64,000 nt of DNA, taken from assembly GCA_965217895.1 (NCBI GenBank), contig CBDCJV010000002.1:1-64000 (forward strand), given 5' to 3'. The position numbers were made by a program, and so were the translations under genes. A model generated the notes under the pieces. The model was given only the letters and a program-made list of their open reading frames with translations. It was not told the DNA's origin and did no database searches. Every line of letters starts with the position of its first letter. Positions within the stretch are counted from its first letter, which is position 1. Positions 43,101 through 53,479 of the stretch are shown here, one piece after another. This stretch comes from Waterburya sp. Its GTDB lineage: Bacteria > Cyanobacteriota > Cyanobacteriia > Cyanobacteriales > Xenococcaceae.

Positions 43101-44536
43101 TTGAAGACGGTAATATTGAATTTCTGGGTCGTATTGATAATCAGGTCAAAATTCGTGGTATCAGAATTGAACTAGGAGAAATTGAAGCTGCCCTGTTACA
43201 ATGTCCAGAAATTCAAGAAACATTAGTTACCGTCAACGCTTCCAATTTAGAGCAAAAGAGTCTGCTTGCCTACTCGATTTTAAAACCTAACTCGACCCTG
43301 ACTAGCCAACAATTGCGAAACTTTTTGGCAACCCAATTACCTGAATATGCAGTTCCTGCTGATTTTATTTTTACAGATGCTTTTCCTTTAACTCCTAACG
43401 GTAAGGTGGATCTCAAGGCATTACTAACTACGCCAACCAAAAGAGCATCGATGATGAACAATTCTTTGCCGCTGCAAAGTCCTTTGGAACTCAAATTAAG
43501 CCAGATTTGGTCAGATGTTTTAAATGTTAAACCAATTGCCAGAGACGATGATTTTTTCGCTCTTGGAGGTAATTCTCTGTTAGCGTTACGTTTATTTGAA
43601 CAAATCCATAAATCTTTTGGGGCTAATTTACCTTTAGCGACTTTATTTGAAGCACCAACTATCTCTCAACTAGCCAGCATTATTCTCAACCAAAAACAAA
43701 AAGTTTTATCATCACATTCTTCCTTGGTTAATATTCAACCTTATGGCTCAAAGCCACCTTTATTCTGTATTCATGCTGTTGGCGGTAATGTGCTGAATTA
43801 TCATCCTTTAGCCAAAGCTTTAGGAAACGATCAGCCATTTTATGGTTTACAATCACGAGGCTGGGACGGCAGAGAACTATCGTTAACCTCTATAGAAGAA
43901 ATGGCTGACGAGTATCTTCAAGCGATTAAATCGGTTCAACCACAAGGACCATATTATTTAGGCGGACATTCCTTTGGCGGTTTTGTAGCTTACGAAATAG
44001 CTTGTCAACTTGAGCAGCAAGGAGAAGCTGTGGCATTTGTAGCTTTATTTGATTGTATAGGTCCTAAAACTACCGATAAAAACGCATTACAGAAAATGTA
44101 CATTCATTTTACTAATTTTACCCAGCTATCGACATTTCAAGCATTAGATTATGTTAAATCAAAAATCAAATATCGACTAAAAGCAAAAGTCCTTCGATCG
44201 GCTCAAAAAAGATACTTTAAATTTGTTGAATTATTTTTATCTCCTCAACAAAAACTTGTGTTTAAAATTAACAACCTAAATTATCAAATATTTAGAAAAC
44301 ACACTCCTCAAACTTATGGCGGTAAATTGACCTTGTTTCGTGCCAAAATCAGAGATGCAAAAGCCTATCATGATGCCGATGGTGGCTGGAAAGGTGTGGC
44401 TTTAGGGGGTGTTGATACCTATGAAATTCCAGGCGATCATAATAGCATCCTGTTACAACCAGACACAGCTCAAATAATTGCCGAGCGAATTGACAACAGC
44501 ATATCTACAGCTAAAAGAACTAGAGTTGAAAATTAA
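40193..44536 (+). CDS. Stand-alone NRPS: formyltransferase - linker/degenerate C - A - T - TE
   Basis: NYHDALLPSYAG and EIDTG; YTSGSTGNPKG, YKTGDLG, PLTPNGK; GGNSL; GHSFG. Confidence 0.9.
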   Translation: MLDNLRSKNNQKVIPKNYSFNCYLIGEGSLLIKCAELLLQQNYRIKGIVSPDLIVKRWADTNKIINLKDQQQLLKLLKEDKCDYLFSIVNHAILLPETISQVGQAINYHDALLPSYAGVNATAWAIINGEVQHGITWHEITAEIDTGNILKQVKIDLEASETSLSLNTKCYQAAIAAFSELIKELVSDRVTYTPQDLQQRSYYPRHQKPQALGIINFKQPAAAIDNLVRGLSFGNYPNSLTTAKLLLNSSDNLDYVIISRVAKLTAKSQYTPGTIVRIESDKLIVTTASQDIALQDVMTKQGEASSIEKLVADYQLLLGQQLPQIDSELSSRITTLATKLSPAEGYWRKQLIKWKPLTLPGIKKSAILVAANSYRRVKLPLGNTVIDFIQQAYGAKNASDVAIAIFAIYIARLSVNQQITLGFEGFTDKAIAPWFATCVPANLKISSKDNLATVIATVTKRRKLNQKHQSYATDLIARSPQLSNKPDDFTVSVGQNVKHPSSHLTLSIEPAECYWLYNVNAFSEELITTMLEQWQTLTAGIVSQNNPNCSIAHLPLISLSERKRLLAWNQTIVDYPADLCLHQLFEARVAEDSEAIAVVYQGQSLTRGELNRQANRLAHRLQQLGVQPESLVGICLERSLEMAIALFAILKAGGAYLPIDPNYPPARLSYILEDARLSVLLTQAKQLERLPKTAAQIICLDRDWETSNLHETKPLSQVNSHNLAYVIYTSGSTGNPKGVAIEHHSAVNTLWDIEQRFAVQPQDRVLAVSSLSFDLSVYDIFGSLGSGGTAILPLSTTRPNPEQWLELIAQEQVTIWNSAPALLELLVNYIVGFERQLPSSLRLVMLSGDRINPNLVIQLQNLNPQLQIASLGGATEASIWSICYPIASKWFANKAIPYGRPLHNQTFYILDSQQQLAPIGVTGELYIGGIGLARGYLNRPELTTARFIADPFSTKPIARLYKTGDLGRYLEDGNIEFLGRIDNQVKIRGIRIELGEIEAALLQCPEIQETLVTVNASNLEQKSLLAYSILKPNSTLTSQQLRNFLATQLPEYAVPADFIFTDAFPLTPNGKVDLKALLTTPTKRASMMNNSLPLQSPLELKLSQIWSDVLNVKPIARDDDFFALGGNSLLALRLFEQIHKSFGANLPLATLFEAPTISQLASIILNQKQKVLSSHSSLVNIQPYGSKPPLFCIHAVGGNVLNYHPLAKALGNDQPFYGLQSRGWDGRELSLTSIEEMADEYLQAIKSVQPQGPYYLGGHSFGGFVAYEIACQLEQQGEAVAFVALFDCIGPKTTDKNALQKMYIHFTNFTQLSTFQALDYVKSKIKYRLKAKVLRSAQKRYFKFVELFLSPQQKLVFKINNLNYQIFRKHTPQTYGGKLTLFRAKIRDAKAYHDADGGWKGVALGGVDTYEIPGDHNSILLQPDTAQIIAERIDNSISTAKRTRVEN

Positions 44537-44685
44537 TCTTGGCGATCGCCAATAAACAGCATCAAAAATAATGCCGCCGATTTCTAAAACTACGCTGGAA
44601 ACAGCACAACTATAGAAGCCAGACGACAAGATTTCTAGTCTAGATAAATATCGGTAAATACCGTTATTTATGATTAGATTTTATT

Positions 44686-44958
<273 letters not shown>

Positions 44959-45169
44959 TCATTAAATCGTATTCTAAATAGAATCAAGGGTTAGTTTACC
45001 CTATGCTCCTATTCTCACTTGGCAAAAGACTCGATAACTTTAAATTCTGTAACAACTAGGTTGAATTATCGATTAATTCGTTAAACAAGCTTAATATTTC
45101 TTAAGCTAACATTTTGATTTGCTGACCAAAGTTAGGTAAATAATTAAGAAAGAATCAGTTTTTGTTAGT

Positions 45170-45637
45170 ATGGTCAATCCTAATTCTCAGCACAGCCAGC
45201 CAAAATCAGCAACGCTACCGTCTCAAGCTAAGCTGATTAAAACTTACTACGATCTCATGAATTTACATCCTTCTGCTTCTACCATTGTGATTCGTCGTAC
45301 CTATCGCCAACTAAGCAAAGAATATCACCCCGATACTACCAAGCTGCCCGCCAATATTGCCACCACCAAATTTCAAAAACTTAATGAGGCTTACGCAACC
45401 TTAAGTAGCCCTGAAAAGCGATCGCTTTACGACCTCAAAATAGGCTATTCTCGCCTTAATGTAATTCAAGCACCCAGTTGGTCTGAACCCGATCGAGAAA
45501 AATGGTCCAGGACTGCCTATCTCGATCCCACCGATCGCCCTTTGTCTTCGGGAGAAATATTTGTTTTAGTTTTGTTGGGATTAACTTTTATTGGCTGTAT
45601 AATTTTAGTAATGGCGATCGCCTATTTTCGTAGGTGA
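45170..45637 (+). CDS. J-domain protein with C-terminal TM helix
   Basis: HPD motif, LNEAY. Confidence 0.88.
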   Translation: MVNPNSQHSQPKSATLPSQAKLIKTYYDLMNLHPSASTIVIRRTYRQLSKEYHPDTTKLPANIATTKFQKLNEAYATLSSPEKRSLYDLKIGYSRLNVIQAPSWSEPDREKWSRTAYLDPTDRPLSSGEIFVLVLLGLTFIGCIILVMAIAYFRR

Positions 45638-45745
45638 TCGCCATTACAGCGTAAATATGCTGCTTTGCGAGATAGTCCGCTGCACGGGTTTCCAAGGGGC
45701 TATCCATTAAAAGGGGTTCTTTGCTATTATAAGTTAGCTACGTTG

Positions 45746-45830
45746 GGAGAGGTGGCAGAGTGGTCGAACGCGCTCGACTTGAAATCGGGAAAAGTGAAAG
45801 CTTTCGTGGGTTCGAATCCCACCCTCTCCG
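45746..45830 (+). tRNA. trnS: tRNA-Ser(UGA)
   Basis: GGAGAGG/CCTCTCC stem, anticodon TGA, GTTCGAATC. Confidence 0.95.
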
Positions 45831-46662
45831 TACTTTCGGGGCTATTGTACTCAGAATGTACTCAGAGTACATTGACAATTTAAGCTTCCCTCTGTGATTA
45901 TTTTGACTGTAGGTATTGACTTGAGTACTTGAGTGTGCATTAAAGCAACAGTTCTTTTGTGCTGCAAAACTAAGCCTAGACTTGACAAAATACCCACATT
46001 AGTATCCATTTTGAGTCCTTAGTTTTTCCTTAGAAGATAATACAAATGAACCAGTCTAATTTGAGCTTAAGTAGTAGCTAGCAGAGGGAAATCAGATTTA
46101 GCTCAAATCAAGTGATTTTGAGTTACTATTTAAGCGTCTGATTTTTCTACTCTCAAACCAATTTGGGTGATTTGGGTGAAAACAATTTTTGAGTAAGAGC
46201 ATCTTCTGAAAACGTAATACGTTTTGTTATACACTTTCTAGATATACACTCACTCACTAGAAACTTGCTTAATAATTTTCTAATTGCACCTATAAAAGTT
46301 TGTAATTATCCTAGTAACCTTTCGTAGTTCTATTTAACTTTTACTCAAGCCTAAAAACAGGGTAGGTAAGTACATCTGAAAAACGTACAACGAAGTGTAT
46401 AACACTTTTCAAAGATGCCTACAGTAGCTAGGTTTTGCTTAATCTAAATCTAGGTAATCTAGGTTATTTCGTAGGTACTCAATTCGCTTTTTATCCTGTT
46501 GAGTAAACTTAGACTAATAGTGTTTAAAAGGCTCGTTTAAGCAGCAAGGAACTTGATAGGTATCAAAGGCAATTAATAGCCTATCAAGTCTCTAACTAGT
46601 GCCTTTATGTGTCGCTAAAGCTATTGTTTTGTTTAATTAGCTTTTTGAAAGTTACTGATAGC

Positions 46663-47703
46663 TTAGTTTTCAATTAGTGAGTAGATAGTGGTTTTGCAGT
46701 TCCTCCAAAAAGGCAACTGAATAGTTCTTTCTGTAGCGCAGTTTATTGGTGATTTACTGCTACTTTTGTCTCTGAAGTCTATTTGGTCTAAAGCAGCGTC
46801 AACTAAGGCTTTGTTAATGTCTTTTGTTGGTAGAGTACCGCTATCATTTTCTTTACCTAAACTAGCTAATTCTGTGAATAACCTTTGTGCTTTATTCTGC
46901 TTTAATTCTGCTTCCCATCTAATAAAATCTTTGTGTTGTGAGTAGATTCTAATGAACAGTTCAGAACGTCTTGAAGCTACTCCTAGCGTACCTGACCAAC
47001 CTTCATTAGTTAGGCGAAAATATTCTTTATCATTCTTTGTGAAACCGCAACAATCGCCTCTCTCAATAGCTAGTATCATTTGACGTACTGGGAACAACTC
47101 TTCTGAGTAATCATCGATAGCTACGTCTATACGGTGACATTTAAGCTTCCAATAGCTGTTTAGGTAGTTTATTAGCTTTATCTGTTCTACTAGGCTTAAA
47201 TTGGCAAAATAAGAGCCAGAAAAATCAATCATGATGTCGTAGGCATATCTGGTATTTCTACCTCTGTATTTGGCTCTTTTTGTGTAGCCTCCTATTATTC
47301 CTTTGTCAGATTCAATGCTGTTTTGATACTTCTTGCTTTTAGGCATCTTTGGATGAGTATGCCAAAGTATTTTGTTTTCAAAGCAAGGTACAGGTAAGAC
47401 TAGGTTAGCTAGTAAGTTTTCAAAAGACCTTTTACTTAATTTACTACTACTAATTCTTAAATAATCAATAGTAATTTTTAATATATTATTTTTATTTTGG
47501 GAGTCTAAGGAAGAAAGTAAAAGTGACTTAAAGCTATGAGTAGAAAGGGGTGGAGTATAACGGATATCTAGCGGGGTATTACTAGGGCTATTTTGGCTAG
47601 CTGAAAACTGCTGGTTGCTATTTTGATTGTTTGGTTTTATCATTGCCTTTGTGTAAAGAAAGTTAGTCTTGTTTAACAGGGCTTCTTTTTTTTTGCTTGT
47701 CAA
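46663..47703 (-). CDS. Replication initiation factor (Rep_trans-like rolling-circle initiator)
   Basis: IDYLR, HRIDVAIDD, FIRIY, RWEAELK. Confidence 0.75.
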   Translation of the reverse strand: MTSKKKEALLNKTNFLYTKAMIKPNNQNSNQQFSASQNSPSNTPLDIRYTPPLSTHSFKSLLLSSLDSQNKNNILKITIDYLRISSSKLSKRSFENLLANLVLPVPCFENKILWHTHPKMPKSKKYQNSIESDKGIIGGYTKRAKYRGRNTRYAYDIMIDFSGSYFANLSLVEQIKLINYLNSYWKLKCHRIDVAIDDYSEELFPVRQMILAIERGDCCGFTKNDKEYFRLTNEGWSGTLGVASRRSELFIRIYSQHKDFIRWEAELKQNKAQRLFTELASLGKENDSGTLPTKDINKALVDAALDQIDFRDKSSSKSPINCATERTIQLPFWRNCKTTIYSLIEN

Positions 47704-48663
47704 TACCTGTTAAGTATCTTTGTACTGTTGTACTCGAAGTTTCAAAGATGGTGCAAACAGAACATAGGCAGTTACAGGAAACTTACTCAGGCAGCAAAAT
47801 AGGCTGACTAAGCAAGGTGTACCTGAAAAGTACCTTATAGAGTGCTTAAGTCACTTCAAAAGCTTGTAGATAGGCTTTTTTGAAGTGCTAATCAAACGGA
47901 AGCTAGAAGCTTATGCGGTAAAAGATGGTGTTTGGGTGAAGAGGTAGGTAGGCATATCTAAAAAACGTACAACACTTTGTTATACACTTTCTGGAAATGC
48001 CTATAAAATCGTTGGTTTAGCCGAGTAATTTTACCGTGAAGACTGTAGAAAAGCAGTAGTAATTGCAGATATATCCTAGAGGCGGTTAACCGAGATTTTA
48101 CGCCTTTGCTTCTGAATGTCAACCGTTTTTCTGCTGGAAAAATCCTTCGGACAAGCGGTTTGACATTCTTCAGCTTCGGCTATTTTTAGTGTCTGTTCCG
48201 CCTCGAAGGGATATTCAAACTGAGTTGGGAATCGACCTATGGGGCGCGCACTGAGTAAGTAGGCTGTTAATACCCCTATAACCAGTATCCAAGCAGTTGC
48301 ATCTAGGAGCTAATTCTAGGGGGGTGTTATTGGAAGTATGGGTAAGTTTCCTAATTTGCTATTAAGTGGCTAAAATAGGCAAAATACGGTTAGGGTTAGT
48401 TTGAACCAATAAAAAACGCCTCGTGGGATACGAGACGCTTGTGAAACATGGCTAAAAGATTATGTTAGAAATCTAACTCAAATATTGACTACTAGCTAAC
48501 TATTTTTGACCTTCACTTTCTTTGTGTGTTTTGTTTAGTTGAAGCTTAGTTTCGATTGAACAATAATCATAAAGTTGTTGAAAATTACATTATTACTAGC
48601 TTTGTTAATAAATACCATTTAAGGAATAAGTGATTAAGCTAAAGCTAGTAATAATAAAACATT

Positions 48664-49653
48664 TTATATTTCAGGCAAAACTTGAATGTCTATAGCTTTT
48701 CCTAGATAGTGATTTGTAATTACCGTAGGTGAAGTTCCACAAATTATTGCTATCTCGTGTATTTTTAGATTCGACTTATTCGCCATAATTGTAATAAAGG
48801 TATGTCTTGTCTGATAAGGTGCGCGGTAATCGATATTGAGATGATTAAGAATTTTCTTGTAAATCCCACCTCGGAAAGAAGAGTGATTGATATCTGGAAA
48901 AACTAAATCTGCTGGACTGGCTGGATTTATTAGTGCTTTGCGAGTAATAAGCATATTGCTGATACGGGAGTTCATTGGGAAAACTCGTCTGCGTTGTGTC
49001 TTTAAACCTTCCTTTTGAACGCCTTTACCATAACCGCCGTTGGTTGCCATAACCCGTCCTTCTTGGAAAACAATTCTATTATTCTTGAAATCAATATGCT
49101 CCCATCTCAAGCCTAAAGTCTCACTGGTTCTAGCTCCTGTATAAAAATTGAACTCTACATAATCTGCATACTTGGTGTGGCTACCTTTGTATCTTTCGTA
49201 TTTGCCTGAACGACAAGCATCAATAATCAAGTCTCTTTCTTCAATAGTAAAAGGATTGATATCAGTATCCTCTTCGTTCTTCTTCTTAGTTTTTATTGTT
49301 TTGATTAAGTCTGGATAGGGATTGTCTTTAACTATTTTCCTTCTTCTTGCCCATTCAAAGCAAGCTGAAAACTGCTTCAAGTAACGCTTGGTTTGCTTGA
49401 TGGTAGTTGTATCCATCAAATGATTAAATAGCTCGTTCATCCCTTCAACATCCAAGGTAATTTTAGGACATTTATTTATTATTCTTGAAGCTTGCTTAAT
49501 GTCATTCTCTAGATAAGAAATCTCGCAGCTATCTTGTTTAGATTTTACGTACTCAGCCCATAGGTCTTTTAACGACTGCTTACTAAAATTTCCTTGAACA
49601 ACCTTTGGCTTCAAAGATTCCTCGTAGTTAAACGAAAGTTTTCGTGGGTTCAA
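48664..49653 (-). CDS. Tyrosine integrase, apparently lacking its N-terminal arm-binding part
   Basis: TGARTSE, YQTRHTF, GTS..HY; frame runs into att copy with no ATG. Confidence 0.85.
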   Translation of the reverse strand: MNPRKLSFNYEESLKPKVVQGNFSKQSLKDLWAEYVKSKQDSCEISYLENDIKQASRIINKCPKITLDVEGMNELFNHLMDTTTIKQTKRYLKQFSACFEWARRRKIVKDNPYPDLIKTIKTKKKNEEDTDINPFTIEERDLIIDACRSGKYERYKGSHTKYADYVEFNFYTGARTSETLGLRWEHIDFKNNRIVFQEGRVMATNGGYGKGVQKEGLKTQRRRVFPMNSRISNMLITRKALINPASPADLVFPDINHSSFRGGIYKKILNHLNIDYRAPYQTRHTFITIMANKSNLKIHEIAIICGTSPTVITNHYLGKAIDIQVLPEI

Positions 49654-49674
49654 ATCCCACCCTCTCCGTACTTT
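49634..49674 (+). repeat. att site: duplicated 3' end of tRNA-Ser(UGA)
   Basis: GAAAGTTTTCGTGGGTTCAAATCCCACCCTCTCCGTACTTT. Confidence 0.92.
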
Positions 49675-49850
49675 TAACTTTAATATACTCAGAGTACAAA
49701 AGAATAAAGTAGAGCCTTAACTCGTTATCTATATTTTGATGACTGGGAACATCTACTTAAATTTATGGCTACAGGACTCGAACTCGATTTTTTCACCGAC
49801 TCTAGCTAACTTATTCTAAATGAGAATTGCTGAGAGAATGAACCGAAACT

Positions 49851-49878
49851 TTGACAGGAATGGCGAACCATGTATAAT
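49851..49878 (+). promoter_or_regulatory. Sigma70-type promoter of tRNA-Ser(GGA)
   Basis: TTGACA-16 bp-TATAAT, 19 bp before tRNA. Confidence 0.8.
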
Positions 49879-49897
49879 GGTAAATTGTGCATCCCTT

Positions 49898-49984
49898 GGA
49901 GAGGTGGCCGAGTGGTCGAAGGCGCAGCACTGGAAATGCTGTAACGGGGTGACTTGTTCGAGGGTTCGAATCCCTCCCTCTCCG
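49898..49984 (+). tRNA. trnS: tRNA-Ser(GGA)
   Basis: Cloverleaf, anticodon GGA, long variable arm. Confidence 0.95.
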
Positions 49985-50443
49985 CTCTAAGCTAACGGGT
50001 TGGCTTTTAACGATTCTTACATTTAAAAGTCAACCTGTTAACGGCCCTTTACTCAAAAGTAAATATACACACAAGATGAGTACAATGAGTGCTTGTATAT
50101 CCCAATCATTTAATATTTGGATTTAAGCAGTTAAAAAATAAAATAGGCAATAAAAAATTTACATCACCATTTTTTAGTCATCTCAAAAGACACCTTTACT
50201 TTGACAGGGCAAACGCTACATACTCATCCACCTCGATCTATCACAAGACCAAATTGTTCTGGCTCGCCCAAACACTTAGCGTGTGAACGGAATTCCATTG
50301 GGTAGTTCTAAAAATCGGCGTTACTAATTTTAATATAATGTCAGTATCCCTTAATTATTGAGTATGCGTCTGCCTTGTAAGGTAAACGAGATTACTTAAT
50401 AACGCTGTTAAATTATGAGCTTTTTTAGTAGCAAAAGTATTTA

Positions 50444-50719
50444 CTAAATAAAGTAGTAGTTCAAATTTAGTCTGGCTTTGCTAATTTTTTCAGAAAGACG
50501 GTTAACGGTAGCTATTTTTTGCTCAATTTGCTCAGATAGCTGAGAATTTTGGCTGTATTTTTTTTGATGGCTTTGTAGTTTAGCTAAAGTTGCTTTTACG
50601 GTAGCCAATTCTTTTTCAATTTTGATTAATAAAATAATTAGTCTGGCTATTTTTACGGTTTTTTCCTCAGCCACAACTTCTTGTTGGATCGAGGTGATGT
50701 ACTTACTAATATCTTCCAT
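50444..50719 (-). CDS. Hypothetical coiled-coil protein
   Basis: 91-aa ATG ORF only. Confidence 0.5.
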   Translation of the reverse strand: MEDISKYITSIQQEVVAEEKTVKIARLIILLIKIEKELATVKATLAKLQSHQKKYSQNSQLSEQIEQKIATVNRLSEKISKARLNLNYYFI

Positions 50720-51119
50720 GGATTTACTGATATATATTATTGATATGACAGAATAACTGGCGTTTTTTGTTCCTTAAATTCAGTATATCCGTGAATATGT
50801 GGGCATGGTATAAAGTTTCCGTAATTGTTGGAGTATTTTTGTAAATAATGTATGAATTTACTTGAATATCCCTCAAAAGCAATCAATTGCAAGTGGTTTG
50901 GGTTTATGGCATTTGCACTTTTTAACGCCTTAATTAATATTTTACAGGTTTGGATACAACATTTTCATGATTATTTCGTAGACAAATATACTTAAGGAAA
51001 TATTTCAAGCTACAAACAGTAGTAATCATCAACTGATTGCACGTTTAGCTAAAAATTTCGTTATTAACCGCCAAGAATGTTAAAACATATGTCTATATGT
51101 TTATAAAGATAGATAAGGT

Positions 51120-52007
51120 ATGACTGAGATTCTTGATACTATTGTCAAAGCTCTGCTGAAATTACTAGATCAGGCGATCGCAACTTTGCCAGGTATAATG
51201 TCGGCTTTGATCGTTTTGTTTTTAACTAAATATGCAGTACAGCTAGCCCTAAAACTTGCCGACGAAACGGGTAGACGCGCGATTAAAAGTACTTCATTAC
51301 AGTTGTTACTCAGAAAAATTTGTCGTATTGGCGTGTGGACAATTGGTATTTTGGTCGCCTGCGTCTTGGCTGTCCCTGGATTTAGCTTGGGAGATATTGT
51401 TGCTACTTTGGGTATAGGTTCAGTAGCTGTTGGTTTTGCCTTTCAAGATATATTTAAAAACTTTTTAGCCGGGATTATTTTATTGGTCGAAGAGCCATTT
51501 CGGATTGGAGATGAAGTGGAGATTAATGAATACCAAGGAAAAGTGGAAAACATTAGTATTCGCACCACCAAAATTCGCACTTATACTGGAGAGAAAGTTT
51601 TGCTACCCAACTCCACCGTCTTTACTGATGCAGTGAAGGTAGTTACAGCCTATCCTTCTCGAAGAACAGATTTAGCCGTGGGAGTAGACTATAATTCTTC
51701 TTTGCCAGAGGCTGCTAGAATTTTGGAACAAACTATCAAAAGTGTGGCTGGAGTAATTGAAGACCCTGCACCTGAGATTGATGTAGTTAATTTTAATGAC
51801 AGTTCTATTGATTTTGTAGTGCGTTACTGGACAGGCTCTCCCAAAAAGCAGCTACGCAACGTGCAAACCGTAGCAATGATCGCGATTAAAAAAGCTTTAG
51901 ATGATGCTGAAATTGGTATTCCCTACCCTATTCGCACCGTCTATCATTACAATCAGGAAAAATATAATGATTATTCTCCCGATCGCAATGTCCAACAAAA
52001 TAATTAG
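51120..52007 (+). CDS. Small-conductance mechanosensitive channel family protein
   Basis: GFAFQDIFKNFLAG, PFRIGD, PNS. Confidence 0.92.
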   Translation: MTEILDTIVKALLKLLDQAIATLPGIMSALIVLFLTKYAVQLALKLADETGRRAIKSTSLQLLLRKICRIGVWTIGILVACVLAVPGFSLGDIVATLGIGSVAVGFAFQDIFKNFLAGIILLVEEPFRIGDEVEINEYQGKVENISIRTTKIRTYTGEKVLLPNSTVFTDAVKVVTAYPSRRTDLAVGVDYNSSLPEAARILEQTIKSVAGVIEDPAPEIDVVNFNDSSIDFVVRYWTGSPKKQLRNVQTVAMIAIKKALDDAEIGIPYPIRTVYHYNQEKYNDYSPDRNVQQNN

Positions 52008-52018
52008 ATTGAGAAAAG

Positions 52019-53479
52019 TTAACTTTGTCCTGGTTGAGCAATAGTAACATCTACCAGATTTACCTCTTGTTCTAGGCTGCTTAAAACTGGCTTCATTGCC
52101 TGGCGATTGCCTACTACTAAAGTAACTATTTGATTTGGTTGAAGATATTTTTGAGCCACCTTTAAAATATCTTCTTCATCTGTATTTTTCACCTTGTCCT
52201 GATATTTAAAGATAAAATCTTCTGGATAATCAAAGTATTCGTAACGAATCAAACGAGAAAGGGTCTGATTGGGATTTTCAAAGTTAAACACAAAAGAGTT
52301 GAGAATTGATTCTTTGGCATTGGCTAATTCTTTTTCTGTAACTAGACCATTACGTAGCTTTTTAATCTGACTAACAACAGCTTTAATAAAAGGAACAGTA
52401 TTATTGGTTTGGGTTTGTCCTCCTGCAATAAATAAACCGTCGTAATCATAATTAGGACTCCAGGCTCCGTATACGCTGTATGCCAAACCCTGGCGCGATC
52501 GCACTTCGTTAAATAAGCGTCCGCCAAAACCATTTAAAACGCCATTTAAAACGCTTAATGCTGGATAATCTGGACTGTTAAGCTGCCCTCCAATGTGACC
52601 CATTAAAACGTTGCTCTGAGTTGCCTGGGGGCGATCGACCACAAAAATACCCCGATCTACTTCTTGGGTTGCTGCGGGTGCTTCTAAATCTGGTAGAGAA
52701 GTATCAACCTGCCAATCACCAAAAGCAGCCTGCACTTTTTTGAGCATCCGATCGGAATCAAAGTCCCCGACTATACCTAAAATTATGCTCTGGGGACGAA
52801 CATAGTTTTGATAAAAGCCAATTACATCTGGGCGAGAAATATTTGCCAAAGTAGCATATTCTTCAGTTCGCGCATAGGGGCTAGTTGCACCATAAATTAG
52901 CTTATCAAATTCACGACTAGCAATATCTTGAGGATCGTCGTTACGGCGAGCAATTCCTCCTGCTTCTTGTTTTTTGGCGATCGCAAATTGGTCGGCAGCG
53001 AAAGCTGGCTGACGCAATACTTCGGTAAATAGAGAGAAAACTGTGTCTAAATCTTCGGTGAGAGTATCAAAGCTGGCACTACCTGACGTATCGCCAATAC
53101 TAGTTTCGACGCTAGCTGCTTTTTGTTCCAAGATTAAATTCAACTCGGCTGCGGGATGATTTTCTGTACCGCCACTACGCATTACAGTGCCTGTTAGACT
53201 GGCTAAGCCGACTTTGTTAGCAGGTTCAAAACGAGATCCAGTGCGAATCAAAGCCGTACCGCTGATTAAAGGTAAATCTCGATCTTCCATAAGATAAACC
53301 ACCATGCCATTATCTAATTCATAACGTTCATAATCGGGAATCTGAATTTCTGGCGGGGTTGAAAATTTTAATTCTGTGTAGTGTTTAGGAGTATCAGCGA
53401 TCGCAGGAAGCCGAATCGCAAATGATAAGAAAATTGTCAGTAACCCCAAACTCAACCAAGAAACTAGTCTTCTACTCAT
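52019..53479 (-). CDS. M16 (pitrilysin) family peptidase subunit
   Basis: LDNGMVV, RLFNEVRSRQGLAY; no HXXEH so probably the non-catalytic partner. Confidence 0.88.
   Translation of the reverse strand: MSRRLVSWLSLGLLTIFLSFAIRLPAIADTPKHYTELKFSTPPEIQIPDYERYELDNGMVVYLMEDRDLPLISGTALIRTGSRFEPANKVGLASLTGTVMRSGGTENHPAAELNLILEQKAASVETSIGDTSGSASFDTLTEDLDTVFSLFTEVLRQPAFAADQFAIAKKQEAGGIARRNDDPQDIASREFDKLIYGATSPYARTEEYATLANISRPDVIGFYQNYVRPQSIILGIVGDFDSDRMLKKVQAAFGDWQVDTSLPDLEAPAATQEVDRGIFVVDRPQATQSNVLMGHIGGQLNSPDYPALSVLNGVLNGFGGRLFNEVRSRQGLAYSVYGAWSPNYDYDGLFIAGGQTQTNNTVPFIKAVVSQIKKLRNGLVTEKELANAKESILNSFVFNFENPNQTLSRLIRYEYFDYPEDFIFKYQDKVKNTDEEDILKVAQKYLQPNQIVTLVVGNRQAMKPVLSSLEQEVNLVDVTIAQPGQS

Larger units (their letters stand above)
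45796..49674. mobile_element. Small integrated element (rep + integrase) at tRNA-Ser(UGA)
   Basis: 41-bp direct repeat with 2 mismatches (45796-45836 vs 49634-49674). Confidence 0.85.

Noticed and set aside
45665..45883. 72-aa ORF
   Set aside because: Spurious translation across tRNA-Ser
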